A stretch of 64,000 bases of DNA from an uncultured Acidobacteriota bacterium (GTDB lineage Bacteria; Acidobacteriota; Thermoanaerobaculia; Multivoradales; JAHEKO01). This document shows, one piece after another, positions 1 through 11,737 of this stretch. The position numbers were made by a program, and so were the translations under genes. Each line of letters opens with the position of its first letter. Within the stretch, counting starts at the first letter, position 1. The stretch spans positions 32,076 to 96,075 of the forward strand of contig CAVPOX010000022.1 in assembly GCA_963707075.1 (NCBI GenBank). The letters run 5' to 3'. The notes beneath the pieces are model-generated. The model saw only the letters and a program-made list of their open reading frames with translations. It did no database searches and had not been told where the DNA came from.

Positions 1-191
1 GCAGGCCGGAACTGGATCGATTGGTCGATCTCGCCCTGGGAGCAGTGCCCGATCTCGCCCGCTTCCAGAGAGAGGCTTTGGCTGAGACTCTCGAAGAGAT
101 CGAGGGGGCACGCAGCGGCAGCGGCAAGGTCGCAGCCCAGCCCAAGGACGAAGGAGACTTGTGGGGTAAACCCCCGACCTCTACAGAATAA
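1..191 (+). CDS. 3' end of a gene entering the window, possibly ribonuclease PH with a C-terminal extension
   Basis: Frame 3 reads RPELDRLVDLALGAVPDLARFQREALAETLEE...STE* (TAA 189-191). The ELxxLxDLAxxxxxxLxxxQxxAL pattern resembles the RNase PH C-terminal helix; only about 62 aa are visible. Confidence 0.4.
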   Translation, partial: RPELDRLVDLALGAVPDLARFQREALAETLEEIEGARSGSGKVAAQPKDEGDLWGKPPTSTE

Positions 192-1206
192 CGCCCTTGA
201 CGTTGACCTCGATGGTCGGTTGCTTGGAGCTGTTGGTGGTGATGGTGACCAGACCTTCGAAGTCGCCTTTGTCCATCCCAGGCTGCAGAGTCAGGAGAAC
301 CTTGTAGAGACGACCCTCTTCGAGAGGTTCGATCTCGGCCTTCAGACCATCGATATCGGTAGAGACCTCACTGAGTCCAACCGCATTGGCACTCAGGTTG
401 CGAATCTCCAGACTGGCCGTCTGTGGCTCAGTCAGCTCACGGCGCCCGAAATCGGCGATCCGCGGCGTGACCGACATCACTGGACGTACAAACCCCGAGA
501 CGGGGATTCGCATGGTCTTCAACTTCGGATGATTGGTGGTCAGGACAATGAAGTCGGCCATCGGACCGACCGGTGCGTTCTTGTCGAGATCCACCTCGAT
601 CTGCCACTGCCGTCCATCGACGCCGCGCAACCGCTCACCTTCCTCTGCCTCCCGGTAGGAGACCTTGACGAAGCCGTAAGGGGACTCGACCTTGCGGATC
701 TCGAGATCGGGATACTCCTCCGACCAGACCGATTGCACGCTGGTCTTCTGGGGCTCGCCATATACCGCGACAAATCTGGCGTAACCGGGGTCGACCTCCA
801 CCTGCGAGCGGACATTGGCCTTCATCACCAGGTCGATCTGCGGATTCTCGGCATCGTCGGTGAAGACCCGCACCGACTTGGCAATGCCACCCTTGAAATT
901 GCGCGTGTCCACCGTCGCGGTGATTTTGCCCTCTTCACCGGGCGCGATGGTCTTGTCGAAGTCGGCCACGGTACAGCCACAACTCGGTTTGACCTCCGTG
1001 ATGTTCAGCGTGACCTCTCCGGCATTGCGAATCCTGAACTCGTGAGTGATCCGTTGCCCTTTGTTGACGACACCAAAGTCCTTGATGGTTTCGAGGGCAA
1101 CGGCTGTCGGACCAGAGGACTCGGCTTGATCTGCAAATACCGCTCCACCGCTGATGGTCAGAGTCAGTAGAAACAACACGGTCCAGGCTCTTGAATACCA
1201 CTTCAT
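181..1206 (-). CDS. Secreted DUF1573 / Ig-like repeat protein
   Basis: Signal peptide (...GAVFA) and the DUF1573 signature DFGVVNKG...HEFRIRNAG...VKPSCGCT...IAPGEEG, followed by two further Ig-like modules. Confidence 0.8.
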   Translation of the reverse strand: MKWYSRAWTVLFLLTLTISGGAVFADQAESSGPTAVALETIKDFGVVNKGQRITHEFRIRNAGEVTLNITEVKPSCGCTVADFDKTIAPGEEGKITATVDTRNFKGGIAKSVRVFTDDAENPQIDLVMKANVRSQVEVDPGYARFVAVYGEPQKTSVQSVWSEEYPDLEIRKVESPYGFVKVSYREAEEGERLRGVDGRQWQIEVDLDKNAPVGPMADFIVLTTNHPKLKTMRIPVSGFVRPVMSVTPRIADFGRRELTEPQTASLEIRNLSANAVGLSEVSTDIDGLKAEIEPLEEGRLYKVLLTLQPGMDKGDFEGLVTITTNSSKQPTIEVNVKGVIL

Positions 1207-1318
1207 TTCTTCACCTCTCTCAGGGGGCTTCGACTATCATCCGAACGCCCCGGGCTGTCAATAGCAGATGCTATACTCCCGATCTCCCACAGCCAAACTC
1301 TCGAGGCTGTAACCTTCC

Positions 1319-2728
1319 GTGTCCAAAGACCCTCTCAACATCCATCTGGTTGCCATCGGTGGTACCGGAATGGCACCCCTGGCGTGTCTGCTGCAGGGAC
1401 TCGGCCATCGAGTGCGCGGTTCCGATGGACCTATCTATCCCCCGATGAGCACCCTGCTGCAGCAAGCGGGCATCGAACCCCTGCTCGGCTACGACCCTGG
1501 CCATCTACAGCCTCTCCCCGATCTGGTGGTGATTGGCAATGCCGTACCCCGAGACAACCCGGAAGCGGTCGAGGCCGAGAGGTTGCAGCTGGACCGTCTT
1601 TCCATGCCAGAGGCGCTGGCGCACTTCTTTCTCCAATACCGGCGCCCTCTCGTCGTGGCCGGCACCCATGGCAAGACCACCACGACTTCTTTGGCCTCCT
1701 GGGTCTATAACGATTGCGGCACCGATCCCGGCTTCTTGGTGGGCGGCGTGCCGCTGAATCTCGGCCGCAGCTTTCAGCAAGGCACCGGTCCGAGGTTCGT
1801 TATCGAAGGCGACGAGTACAACGCCGCTTACTTCGACCGGGGGCCCAAGTTCCTGCATTACCGGCCGGACAGTTTGATCCTCACCAGTGTCGAGTACGAT
1901 CATGCCGATCTCTATCCCGATCCCGAAACCCTCACCAGGGCCTATGAGGATCTGGTCAGCCTGGTCCCCGAGACGGGTCTGATCGCTGCTTGCGGTGACA
2001 TTCCCGAAGTTCGCGAGATCGTCGCGCAGGCCCGTTGCCGCACGGTCCTCTATGGATTCAGCGAGTCCAATGATCTCTACCCACTCGGTCCAGTCGAAAC
2101 CGACGCGGCAGGCAGCCGATTTCGCATCCGGGATCCCCAGGAGGGTGAGATCGAGATTCGCACGTCCATGGTCGGCCCCCACAACATCTGCAACACCCTC
2201 GGTGTCTGGGCCTGTGCCCGGCACGACGGTCTCCCGGCAGAGGACGTGGTCGCCGCCCTGGACCGGTTCGAGGGCGTCAAGAGGCGGTTGGAGATTCTCG
2301 GGACCCATCGTGACATCACGGTCATCGACGATTTCGCCCATCACCCGACAGCCGTGGATATGACACTCGAAGGCCTGAGAAGCCGCTTTCCCGACCGACG
2401 CCTGATCGCCATTTTCGAGCCCAGGACCCTGACGGCCGGGCGATCCTTTCTGCATGAGGGGTATCTGCAGGGACTCTCGAGAGCGGATCGCGTCCTGCTG
2501 GCGCCCATCTTCCACCACCTTCGCCTGCCCGCGGCCGAGCGACTCGATCTCCACCGCCTGGCAGCCGAGCTCGAGGCCGGGGGCACCCCGACAACCCTGG
2601 CTGAAGGCGTCGATTCTCTGCTCGCGACCGCCCTTGGCGAGGCCAGGCCTGGCGACGTCTTCATCACCATGTCTTCGGGCAGCTTCGAAGGCCTTCCCTA
2701 CAGGATTTTGGCCGGTCTCGACTGTTGA
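1319..2728 (+). CDS. mpl: UDP-MurNAc:L-Ala-gamma-D-Glu-meso-DAP ligase (murein peptide ligase)
   Basis: IGGTGMAPLA, VIGNAVPRDNPE, AGTHGKTTT, the Mpl-type EGDEYNAAYFDRGPKFLHYRP, GVKRR and DDFAHHPT. Confidence 0.9.
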   Translation: MSKDPLNIHLVAIGGTGMAPLACLLQGLGHRVRGSDGPIYPPMSTLLQQAGIEPLLGYDPGHLQPLPDLVVIGNAVPRDNPEAVEAERLQLDRLSMPEALAHFFLQYRRPLVVAGTHGKTTTTSLASWVYNDCGTDPGFLVGGVPLNLGRSFQQGTGPRFVIEGDEYNAAYFDRGPKFLHYRPDSLILTSVEYDHADLYPDPETLTRAYEDLVSLVPETGLIAACGDIPEVREIVAQARCRTVLYGFSESNDLYPLGPVETDAAGSRFRIRDPQEGEIEIRTSMVGPHNICNTLGVWACARHDGLPAEDVVAALDRFEGVKRRLEILGTHRDITVIDDFAHHPTAVDMTLEGLRSRFPDRRLIAIFEPRTLTAGRSFLHEGYLQGLSRADRVLLAPIFHHLRLPAAERLDLHRLAAELEAGGTPTTLAEGVDSLLATALGEARPGDVFITMSSGSFEGLPYRILAGLDC

Positions 2729-2818
2729 GTTCGTCATTGTATGCGCGATTCGCTATTTGCTAACATTCGCGCAATCAATGAGATGGGATCCCTGAGGATC
2801 CTGCCTGTGTGAGTGTCT

Positions 2819-5149
2819 ATGAGGTACGTTGGCAACACCGCCCTTTCGCCGCAGATCCAGGAACGCATCCAAGCCACCTTTGCGCAGACCTTGAGTCTCG
2901 CCGAGGAGGGCAATCGCCAGGAAGCGTTGCTGGGCTGTGACTTCATTCTTCGGCTCGATCCGCTTTTCGAGCCTGCTCGCACTCTGCAGGAGCGGCTCAG
3001 TCAGGGAGAAGGTCCCGTCGATGTAAGCAACTTGGCGAAGGACGTACCGGCTGAGTCCGAATCGCCCGCAGCGTCCGAGGTACCCCTCAAGATTGTGGAA
3101 CCCGTGGACGAATCCGTGGCCGACCAGGCACCAATCGAGATCAGCGACACCCTGGTCGAGCCGCCGCTTCCCGACACCCTCGTCGACATCAACGAGCTGA
3201 TCACCGAAGACTCGATCATCGAACCGGGGGTCGAGCACGCCCCTCCTTTAGCAGAGGTGGATTTCGATATTTCGGAGCCGGCCCAGCCCGAGACACCAGC
3301 TGATGTCACGGCCCCCGTCGACGATCTGCCTGGCCGGATGGCGATGCTGTTCGAGCAGCGCAGCTTCCAGGATCTCATGGCCCTGGCGCTGCAGAATCAG
3401 GAGCGGGTCAGCACCGATGGCGACCTCAGACAACTGGTCGATACCGCCAGCGAGCGCCTCGAGGCCGAGCCTTATGTTCGCAACTTCCTCGATTCCGCCC
3501 GGTCGGCCAGGGAGTCGGGCGACCTGGAAAGTGCCCGATCTCATCTCGACAAGGCACGTGAGCTCGACCCGACACACCCCGATCTGACGATGATCGAAGC
3601 CGACCTGCAGGCGGCTTCGACGGTCGCGCCACCCGCTGCATTCGAACCACCTCCGCTTGTTGAAACGCCACCGCTGGCGGGTCCCGAACCACTCAATGCT
3701 CCGGTCGCCGAGGTCGAAGAGCTCCTCGCACCGGTCGAGCAGCCGCTTCTCGAAGATGCCGTGGAGATACCGACAGGCGAGGCTCCACCGGCTGACGTGC
3801 CGCCGCCGATTCCGTCTCTCGATGCCGAGCCTGCCGCTCGTCTCGATAACGAAAGCGAGCAACGCATCGGCGAGCTCCTGCAGGAGGGACAAGAGTCCTT
3901 CGAAGACGGCCAGTACCAGACGGCGATCGATGCCTGGTCGCGTATCTTCCTCATCGATATCGATCACGCCGAGGCCAGTCGACGCATCGAATTGGCCAGA
4001 AAGCTCAAATCCGAGGTCGAGCGCCAGATCGAGGAGGCCTTTCACGAAGCGATCTCGCTGCTCGAGGCTGGCGATGAAGACGATGCGCGCAAGGCCTTTG
4101 AGAAGGTCCTCGAGATTCAACCCAATCACATGGGGGCGCGCGACTACCTCGAGAAGCTGAGCACTGGTGAGTTGACGACACCGGGTGCGACGCCGACGCC
4201 CGATCTGACGCCCCTGGTCCATGAACCCCCCGGGGAGGCCGTGGCTGGTGAAGCTCCGCCCCTCGATGATCTGGCGCCACCCTCGCTGGGTCCAAAGCCG
4301 GTCGTCGGTGATCTGGCTCCGGAAGATTTCGAACCGGCGCTGAAGCCCGCTGTCTCACGCGGACGCTCCTTCGTCACCATCGGCGCGGCGGTTCTGATTC
4401 TGGTTCTCGCCATCGGTTGGTTTATCTACTCGAAATGGGATCGTTTCTTCCCTGGATCGGCCCCCACAGACCAGGCGGCTGCCACCGAGGCCCGCATCGA
4501 CCCCGTCGAACGCGCTCGGGAGCTGCACGAAGCAGGCAACACCGCCATGGCGATCAATGTCCTTCGTCGACTCGCCCCAGGACACGAGCAGTACGCTGAA
4601 GCCCTGGCGCTGATCGCTATGTGGGAAGCCGGCGACCAGGAAGCCGAAGTGGAAAGCGCGGGCCCCTCGGAAGAGGCTCTCGCCCGCCGCGAGGATCTGG
4701 TAGAACAAGCGCAAGGCGCTGTCGCCAATGGTGAGAACATCCTCGCCCTGAATTATCTCGAGGAGGCCAACAAAATCAGCGCTCTCTCCGAAGAGGAGTT
4801 GATGCTCGAGACCCGAGCCACGTCCCTGCTCGAGCCGCTCGAAGAAGAGCTGGAAATGTTCGAGAACGGAGATTGGGAGTACTCGTTGCCCGATCTCTGG
4901 CGCATGCACGATAGCGATGGCGGCAATAAGGATGTCATCCGACTGATGGTCGACTCCTACTACAACCTGGGCCTGCGCGATCTGCAACGGGGAGACGCCA
5001 AGGCAGCCCTGGAGAAATTCAAGGAAGCCCAGGAACTGGCCTCCAACGACCCCCATCTCGATCGACTCGCAGAGTTTGCCTCGGCCTATGTGGAGCGCCC
5101 GGCCGACATGCTCTACCGGATCTTCGTCAAATACCAGAAATTCCGGTGA
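2819..5149 (+). CDS. TPR-repeat bitopic membrane protein with Pro/acidic linkers
   Basis: TPR-like helices (ARSHLDKARELDPTHP, ARKAFEKVLEIQPNH, ALEKFKEAQELASND), Pro/Glu-rich linkers and one TM segment (FVTIGAAVLILVLAIGWFIY). ATG at 2819 chosen as start. Confidence 0.75.
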   Translation: MRYVGNTALSPQIQERIQATFAQTLSLAEEGNRQEALLGCDFILRLDPLFEPARTLQERLSQGEGPVDVSNLAKDVPAESESPAASEVPLKIVEPVDESVADQAPIEISDTLVEPPLPDTLVDINELITEDSIIEPGVEHAPPLAEVDFDISEPAQPETPADVTAPVDDLPGRMAMLFEQRSFQDLMALALQNQERVSTDGDLRQLVDTASERLEAEPYVRNFLDSARSARESGDLESARSHLDKARELDPTHPDLTMIEADLQAASTVAPPAAFEPPPLVETPPLAGPEPLNAPVAEVEELLAPVEQPLLEDAVEIPTGEAPPADVPPPIPSLDAEPAARLDNESEQRIGELLQEGQESFEDGQYQTAIDAWSRIFLIDIDHAEASRRIELARKLKSEVERQIEEAFHEAISLLEAGDEDDARKAFEKVLEIQPNHMGARDYLEKLSTGELTTPGATPTPDLTPLVHEPPGEAVAGEAPPLDDLAPPSLGPKPVVGDLAPEDFEPALKPAVSRGRSFVTIGAAVLILVLAIGWFIYSKWDRFFPGSAPTDQAAATEARIDPVERARELHEAGNTAMAINVLRRLAPGHEQYAEALALIAMWEAGDQEAEVESAGPSEEALARREDLVEQAQGAVANGENILALNYLEEANKISALSEEELMLETRATSLLEPLEEELEMFENGDWEYSLPDLWRMHDSDGGNKDVIRLMVDSYYNLGLRDLQRGDAKAALEKFKEAQELASNDPHLDRLAEFASAYVERPADMLYRIFVKYQKFR

Positions 5150-5150
5150 G

Positions 5151-5792
5151 ATGAGCTCTCCCCCGCGTCCAAAAGAAGATCCAGGTCTGTTCGACGACCT
5201 ACCTCTGCACCAGGATACGCGCGTCGAGGACCCAGATCGCAAAGTCGACCAACCTCGAGACACCCCTTCTCCGGCCAAGCCACCAGGAGAATCGGCAGAG
5301 GCGCTACCGCTCTTCGCAGACACTCCGGGAACCGAGCCAACCTCTCCAGCAGCGTCTGCTGAGTTTTTCGACGCCACGACCCGACCGGCGTGGCGGCCTG
5401 TGGTGCCTGTACCCGCCCAACTGTCGGCCGGTCTCATCGACCTGGGTCTCATCCTGGCCGTCGGACTCATGACCTGGCTCGGCCTCTACTTCATGGGGAT
5501 AAGCATCGATCTGGTCGACTGGGGAATCGTGGCGCTCTTTCTGCTCCCGTTTTCCTTCCTCTACGAGGTCTTTCCTCTGGCGTTCTGGGGTCGCACCCCG
5601 GGCATGGAGCGGGTAGGTCTCGTCGCCCGCAGCCGCGACGGCAAATCGCTGAGCTTCTCTCAGGCGGCGAGGCGATGGCTCGCCGCGGTCATCACGGTCT
5701 GTCTTCTTGGATTACCGTGGATTCTCACCGCGACAACAGGGAAATCACTCGCCGATCGACTCAGCGGGTCGCAGACCTTGCCCGCCAGATAG
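5151..5792 (+). CDS. RDD family membrane protein
   Basis: AGLIDLGLI, TM helices, GRTPGMERVGL and SLADRLSGS match the RDD pattern. ATG lies 1 nt after the TPR gene stop. Confidence 0.8.
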   Translation: MSSPPRPKEDPGLFDDLPLHQDTRVEDPDRKVDQPRDTPSPAKPPGESAEALPLFADTPGTEPTSPAASAEFFDATTRPAWRPVVPVPAQLSAGLIDLGLILAVGLMTWLGLYFMGISIDLVDWGIVALFLLPFSFLYEVFPLAFWGRTPGMERVGLVARSRDGKSLSFSQAARRWLAAVITVCLLGLPWILTATTGKSLADRLSGSQTLPAR

Positions 5793-6372
5793 ACCACGCC
5801 ACCCACAGATTCCCCAGGAAGGTCGCCGCCGCGAAGATGGCCAGTGCCTGGCCGTGTGGCCAGATCGCCAGCAATCCTCCCAGCTGGTAGGTGAGTCCTG
5901 CTGTCCGCAGTGCCCTCGATGCCAGTCCTCCGAGACTGAACAACGAGTGGCCGAGAAGCAGCAGCCAGATACCGGGAAGCAACCACGCCTGGTCCTGGAG
6001 CACGAGTGCAAGTGAAACAAACACCGCCACCAAAGAGAGGTTGCCCTGTGCCCGCAGGACCCAGGTGGCCAAGGTGGATGACCCGGCGCCACTATGCTGC
6101 CGACCGCCGAGGATCTGCATCGCTTCGATGACACCACCGATCAGAACCGCAATCGACCACAGGACCAGGGCACCCAGGCCACCAGCGACCCGCAACACTG
6201 CTGGCGTTGCCAACGCCGCCGAGGGCAGGATCAGCGCCCAGGCCAACCAGGACCAGGGCTGACCAAGGTAAGGCTGGCTCGCCTTCTCGAAATGATCGCG
6301 TACCCGCTCGAGTCCATCCTCGGCCAACGGGTCGTCGAGTGTTCTGCGGAGGGGGTCGTACTCGGAGGCCAT
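5761..6372 (-). CDS. Hypothetical multi-pass membrane protein
   Basis: 203 aa with about 6 hydrophobic segments; TACAAT 9 nt upstream of the ATG. Confidence 0.65.
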   Translation of the reverse strand: MASEYDPLRRTLDDPLAEDGLERVRDHFEKASQPYLGQPWSWLAWALILPSAALATPAVLRVAGGLGALVLWSIAVLIGGVIEAMQILGGRQHSGAGSSTLATWVLRAQGNLSLVAVFVSLALVLQDQAWLLPGIWLLLLGHSLFSLGGLASRALRTAGLTYQLGGLLAIWPHGQALAIFAAATFLGNLWVAWSIWRARSATR

Positions 6373-6431
6373 CGCACCCGCATTGTAGCTGCGCCTGCCT
6401 GTGCGCCGACCCTCTGGGTGCCCTCTTCAGG

Positions 6432-6604
6432 GTCGTAACTGGTCGTTGGGGGTGGTCCCAGGACGGATCTCTTGGCAAGCGCCCTGGCGGAACGATCAAA
6501 GTGCACGGTGATCCGGCGCGTAGCCAGGGAAGGGAGCGCAACTTCCGGCATTCCTCACAGCGCGAACCGTGCCCTCCGGGGCCACCCCAACGACCCGCTA
6601 CAAC
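6432..6604 (-). repeat. Long imperfect inverted repeat (REPIN-like element or structured RNA) downstream of atpC
   Basis: 6441-6463 GGTCGTTGGGGGTGGTCCCAGGA pairs with 6575-6595 TCCGGGGCCACCCCAACGACC. On the minus strand the stem extends by GTTGTAGC/GTTACGAC with G-U pairs. Confidence 0.6.
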
Positions 6605-6636
6605 GTTTCCCAGACGGAGGATACGGAGACCGGGTG

Positions 6637-7040
6637 TTACGAGGAGTGCATCATCTTGCGCTGGACGCGGGCACGCTGCTGGGCGGCTTCGCGGGCCTTC
6701 AACGAGACCTCATCGCGCACTTCGATTGCCTTGGCGGTTTCGAGGTTGGCGTCGATCTCTTCCTGGGTGAGCTCTTCGGGGAGCCTGGCAGCGCTGGTCA
6801 GGATGGTCAGTCGGTTGTCCGACATCTCCGCGAAACCACCGTCCAGGAAGAGGGTGTGCTTTTCGGAAGGAGTCTCGATCCGAAGCTCTCCGATCCCCAA
6901 CCGACACACCAAGGGGGCGCGGTTCCGCAGAATCCCGATCTCACCATCCCATGCCGGGAGGGTGACGGACTTCGCTTCGCACTCGAGGACCGCCCGTTCA
7001 GGGGTCACCACAGAGCACTGGAATGTTCCGTGATCGGCCA

Positions 7041-7041
<1 letters not shown>
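6637..7041 (-). CDS. atpC: F1Fo ATP synthase epsilon subunit
   Basis: VVTPER, LPAWDGEIGILRNRAPL, LDGGFAEM and a C-terminal helical hairpin; last gene of the atp operon. Confidence 0.95.
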
Positions 7042-8501
<1,460 letters not shown>

Positions 8502-8531
8502 TCAATTCAATATCGTCGTTGCCAAAAGCCA

Positions 8532-9413
8532 CTAGGCCAGGGCGTTGGCACCACCCACGATGTCCAACAGCTCCATGGTGATGGCCGTCTGGCGGGCTCG
8601 GTTGTATTGCTGGGTCAGCAATTTGATCAAATCTTCGGCAGAATCGGTGGCACCCTTCATGGCCACTTGACGCGCCATCTGTTCACTGACCACCGCATCG
8701 TTGAAACATCGGAAGAGTCGCGCTCGCACTGTCATCGGCAGCAACTCGTCCAACAGATCTCCGGGTTCGGGCGAAAACTCGTACTGTAATTCGGTCTGCT
8801 CCGACTGACCGTCGGTTTCGTCGGGTTCCTCCCGGCTCAGTGGCAGGAGCTGCTCCACTACCGGAACTTGGCGTCCGGCGGAGAGGAACTTCATGTACGC
8901 CACGTGAGCCGAACTGATCTCTCCCCGGGTGAACCGGTCCATCATCGCTGTCGCGTAGGGGTCGATGTCCGCAAAAACGGGGATGTCGTCCAAATTCGTA
9001 ACCGTCTCGGCCATCTTGTAGCCGGCGAACTCCAGGTAGGAGACGCCCTTCCTGCCAAAGACTCTGACATCGTATGGCAGGCTCTCTTGTTCCAGACCCT
9101 GAAGAAAGTCTGCCGCGGTACGGAGCACGTTGCCATTGTAGGCACCGCAAAGTCCCCGATTGCTGGTGATCACCAACAGATCCGCTGGCTGACCCTCAAC
9201 CGACACCTGCATCAAGGGGTGATCGACTCCCTGGGTAGCTCCCGCCAGGTCCCGCACCAGTTGCGCCAACTTATCGGTGAAGGGAGTGCTGGCCACCAGA
9301 CGCTTGTGAGCTGCCTGGAATCGAGCCGTAGCGATGAGCTGCATCGTCCGCGTGATCTTGCGGATGTTGCGCACTGCATCGCGCCGTTTGACGAGTTCTC
9401 GACGATTGGCCAT
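8532..9413 (-). CDS. atpG: F1Fo ATP synthase gamma subunit
   Basis: KITRTMQLIA, RGLCGAYN, SEQMARQVAM and YNRARQTAITMELLDIVGGA. Confidence 0.97.
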   Translation of the reverse strand: MANRRELVKRRDAVRNIRKITRTMQLIATARFQAAHKRLVASTPFTDKLAQLVRDLAGATQGVDHPLMQVSVEGQPADLLVITSNRGLCGAYNGNVLRTAADFLQGLEQESLPYDVRVFGRKGVSYLEFAGYKMAETVTNLDDIPVFADIDPYATAMMDRFTRGEISSAHVAYMKFLSAGRQVPVVEQLLPLSREEPDETDGQSEQTELQYEFSPEPGDLLDELLPMTVRARLFRCFNDAVVSEQMARQVAMKGATDSAEDLIKLLTQQYNRARQTAITMELLDIVGGANALA

Positions 9414-9427
9414 GGTGGTAACCGACC

Positions 9428-11122
9428 CTAGTTGCCCTTGTATGCCTGAATCGCTTTGCCGATCTGATCGACCAGGTCATCCGTCAGTTGCCCCTGAGTT
9501 CGAATTGCTTGCAGGATCTCTGGGTGTTTCTCCCGGAAGTACGCGTGCATCCCCGATTCGAACTTCAGGATGTCCACGACCTCGACGTCGTCCATCAGAC
9601 CGTTCGTCGCGGCGTAGATGCTGAGAATCTGTTCTTCCACCGGGTAGGGCTTGTACTGCGGCTGCTTGAGCAGTTCCACCATGCGATAGCCACGGTCGAG
9701 TTGGCGTTGGGTTGTTGCATCGAGGTCGGTGCCCAACTGAGCAAACGCCTGCTGCTCGCGAAACGACGCCAGATCGAGACGCAGCGAGCCGGCGATCTTC
9801 TTCATCGCCTTGACCTGAGCGTTTCCACCCACCCGCGACACGCTGATACCTACGTCGACCGCCGGTCGTACACCGGCGAAGAAGAGCTCGGGCACCAGGT
9901 AGATCTGCCCATCGGTAATCGAGATGACATTGGTCGGGATATAGGCCGAAACCTCACCCTCGAGAGTCTCGATGATTGGCAGCGCGGTCATCGAGCCACC
10001 ACCGTCGGGGAACTTGTGGACCCGGTATTTGTCCTTGTCCGGCATCGACTCCAACCAGGCGGTTGCCTTCTTCCCACCCTCCGGCCGATGAAAGATCCCA
10101 GCCGGATCATCCAAGCCGACCTCCTCGCCAGCCGGCGGTTTCACCGCCACTGAACGATCGGTGCTGTCCTCGGGAGTGTCTTTCGGCACGACGGCGTACT
10201 CATCTCGCAGCTTGACGGCTCTCTCGAGGAGACGCGAATGCAGGTAGAAAACATCTCCGGGATAGGCCTCGCGACCTGGAGGACGTCTGAGAAGCAGCGA
10301 CAACTGTCGATAGGCGTGGGCCTGACGGGTCAGATCGTCGTAGACCACCAGTGTGGGTTTTCCCTGCAGATACATGAAGTACTCGGCCATGGCTGCACCG
10401 GCGTACGGCGCGATGTACTGCAACGGAGCTGGATCGGATGCCCCGGCTGACACGACGATCGTGTAGTCCATCGCTCCCTGTTCAGCCAGCTTCTCCACCA
10501 CTCCCACCACGGTCGATTCCTTCTGCCCGACGGCAACATAGACGCAGATCACACCCTCGCCGCGCTGATTGATGATCGTGTCGAGAGCGATGGCAGTCTT
10601 GCCCGTCCGGCGGTCACCAATGATCAGCTCGCGCTGACCCCGGCCGATGGGGATCATGCTGTCGATGGCGCTCAGGCCTGTCTGTAGCGGCTCGTCCACC
10701 GGTTGGCGGGCCGCAATCCCGGGAGCCTTGTACTCGAGCGGTCGGCGGTGAGGGGTGTCGATATCGCCCTTGCCATCCAGAGGACGTCCCAGTGGATCGA
10801 CCACGCGACCGATCATCTGCTCGCCACAGGGGACGCTCAGAAGCTCGCCGGTGCGACGCACCTCGCTGCCCTCCTTGATGTCGAAGTACTCGCCAAAGAT
10901 GACGACACCCACCGAGTTTTCCTCCAGGTTCAGAGCCTGGCCGAACTGCCCATTGGCAAACTCGAGCTGTTCGCCAGCAACGACATTGGACAGGCCGTAA
11001 ACCCGGGCAATGCCGTCTCCGACTTCCAGAACCCGACCGACCTCTGCCAGATCCACTTCGCTGCGATAGTTGCGTATCTCTTCGGTGATCACCGATGAGA
11101 TCTCGTCCACCTTGAACTTCAT
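9428..11122 (-). CDS. atpA: F1Fo ATP synthase alpha subunit with a long internal loop insertion
   Basis: [51 protein letters not shown] and [14 protein letters not shown]. 564 aa, including a 68-aa loop before GGGSMTALP. Confidence 0.98.
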   Translation of the reverse strand: MKFKVDEISSVITEEIRNYRSEVDLAEVGRVLEVGDGIARVYGLSNVVAGEQLEFANGQFGQALNLEENSVGVVIFGEYFDIKEGSEVRRTGELLSVPCGEQMIGRVVDPLGRPLDGKGDIDTPHRRPLEYKAPGIAARQPVDEPLQTGLSAIDSMIPIGRGQRELIIGDRRTGKTAIALDTIINQRGEGVICVYVAVGQKESTVVGVVEKLAEQGAMDYTIVVSAGASDPAPLQYIAPYAGAAMAEYFMYLQGKPTLVVYDDLTRQAHAYRQLSLLLRRPPGREAYPGDVFYLHSRLLERAVKLRDEYAVVPKDTPEDSTDRSVAVKPPAGEEVGLDDPAGIFHRPEGGKKATAWLESMPDKDKYRVHKFPDGGGSMTALPIIETLEGEVSAYIPTNVISITDGQIYLVPELFFAGVRPAVDVGISVSRVGGNAQVKAMKKIAGSLRLDLASFREQQAFAQLGTDLDATTQRQLDRGYRMVELLKQPQYKPYPVEEQILSIYAATNGLMDDVEVVDILKFESGMHAYFREKHPEILQAIRTQGQLTDDLVDQIGKAIQAYKGN

Positions 11123-11730
11123 GACGCTTCCTCGAGGTAAGTCTTGCCGCTATGAATTTCCTGGGACGCTCGATCCAGCAGTTGCTGTCGCAGTCCCTTG
11201 ATTTCCTTGAACACGCTGGTGTCGATCCGGCGATCGGCCACCTGGAGCACCAATCCCCCGATCAGGGCGGGATCGACGCTCTCCTCCAATTTGGGCGTTT
11301 TACCGGTGAAGCCGGAGACGACGTCTCGTAACTGTCGACGGAGACCATCGGTCAGTGGCACGGCCGATTGCACCGCCACCCGCACTTGCCCACGCAATTC
11401 CTCGTACTCCTGGCTGTAGGCCTCGACCATTGCCCTCACCAGGCCCGAGCGCCCCTTGCTGTTCATCACATGCAGGGTGTCGAGCAAGGTCTCGTTCATC
11501 TTGCCCTGGAACATCCGGTCCAATGACTGGCGACGCTCCTGGGTATCGACCAGTGGAGAGCGGAGGAAGCTCGCGAAGCCCGGGTCACGGTCTATCAGGG
11601 CGCCCAAATCTCCCAACTCCTCCAGAACAGCGTCCGCCTGGCCCTGGACCTCAGCCAGCTCGAGCAGCGCCTGTGCATAGACGCCGGCGATGGCGATCTC
11701 TTGCGCAGAGGGTTTGGTGGCGGTAGTCAC
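11119..11730 (-). CDS. atpH: F1Fo ATP synthase delta subunit
   Basis: [14 protein letters not shown] and [21 protein letters not shown]; located between atpF and atpA. Confidence 0.95.
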   Translation of the reverse strand: MTTATKPSAQEIAIAGVYAQALLELAEVQGQADAVLEELGDLGALIDRDPGFASFLRSPLVDTQERRQSLDRMFQGKMNETLLDTLHVMNSKGRSGLVRAMVEAYSQEYEELRGQVRVAVQSAVPLTDGLRRQLRDVVSGFTGKTPKLEESVDPALIGGLVLQVADRRIDTSVFKEIKGLRQQLLDRASQEIHSGKTYLEEAS

Positions 11731-11737
11731 GGCTTTC

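Noticed and set aside
6515-6545. SRP RNA-like motif GCCAGGGAAGGGAGC
   Set aside because: It lacks the stem around the GNRA loop and the AGCAG of SRP helix 8; kept only as part of the hairpin element.
10004-10207. Intein in AtpA
   Set aside because: There is no N-terminal Cys/Ser or C-terminal His-Asn, and the insert is too short.
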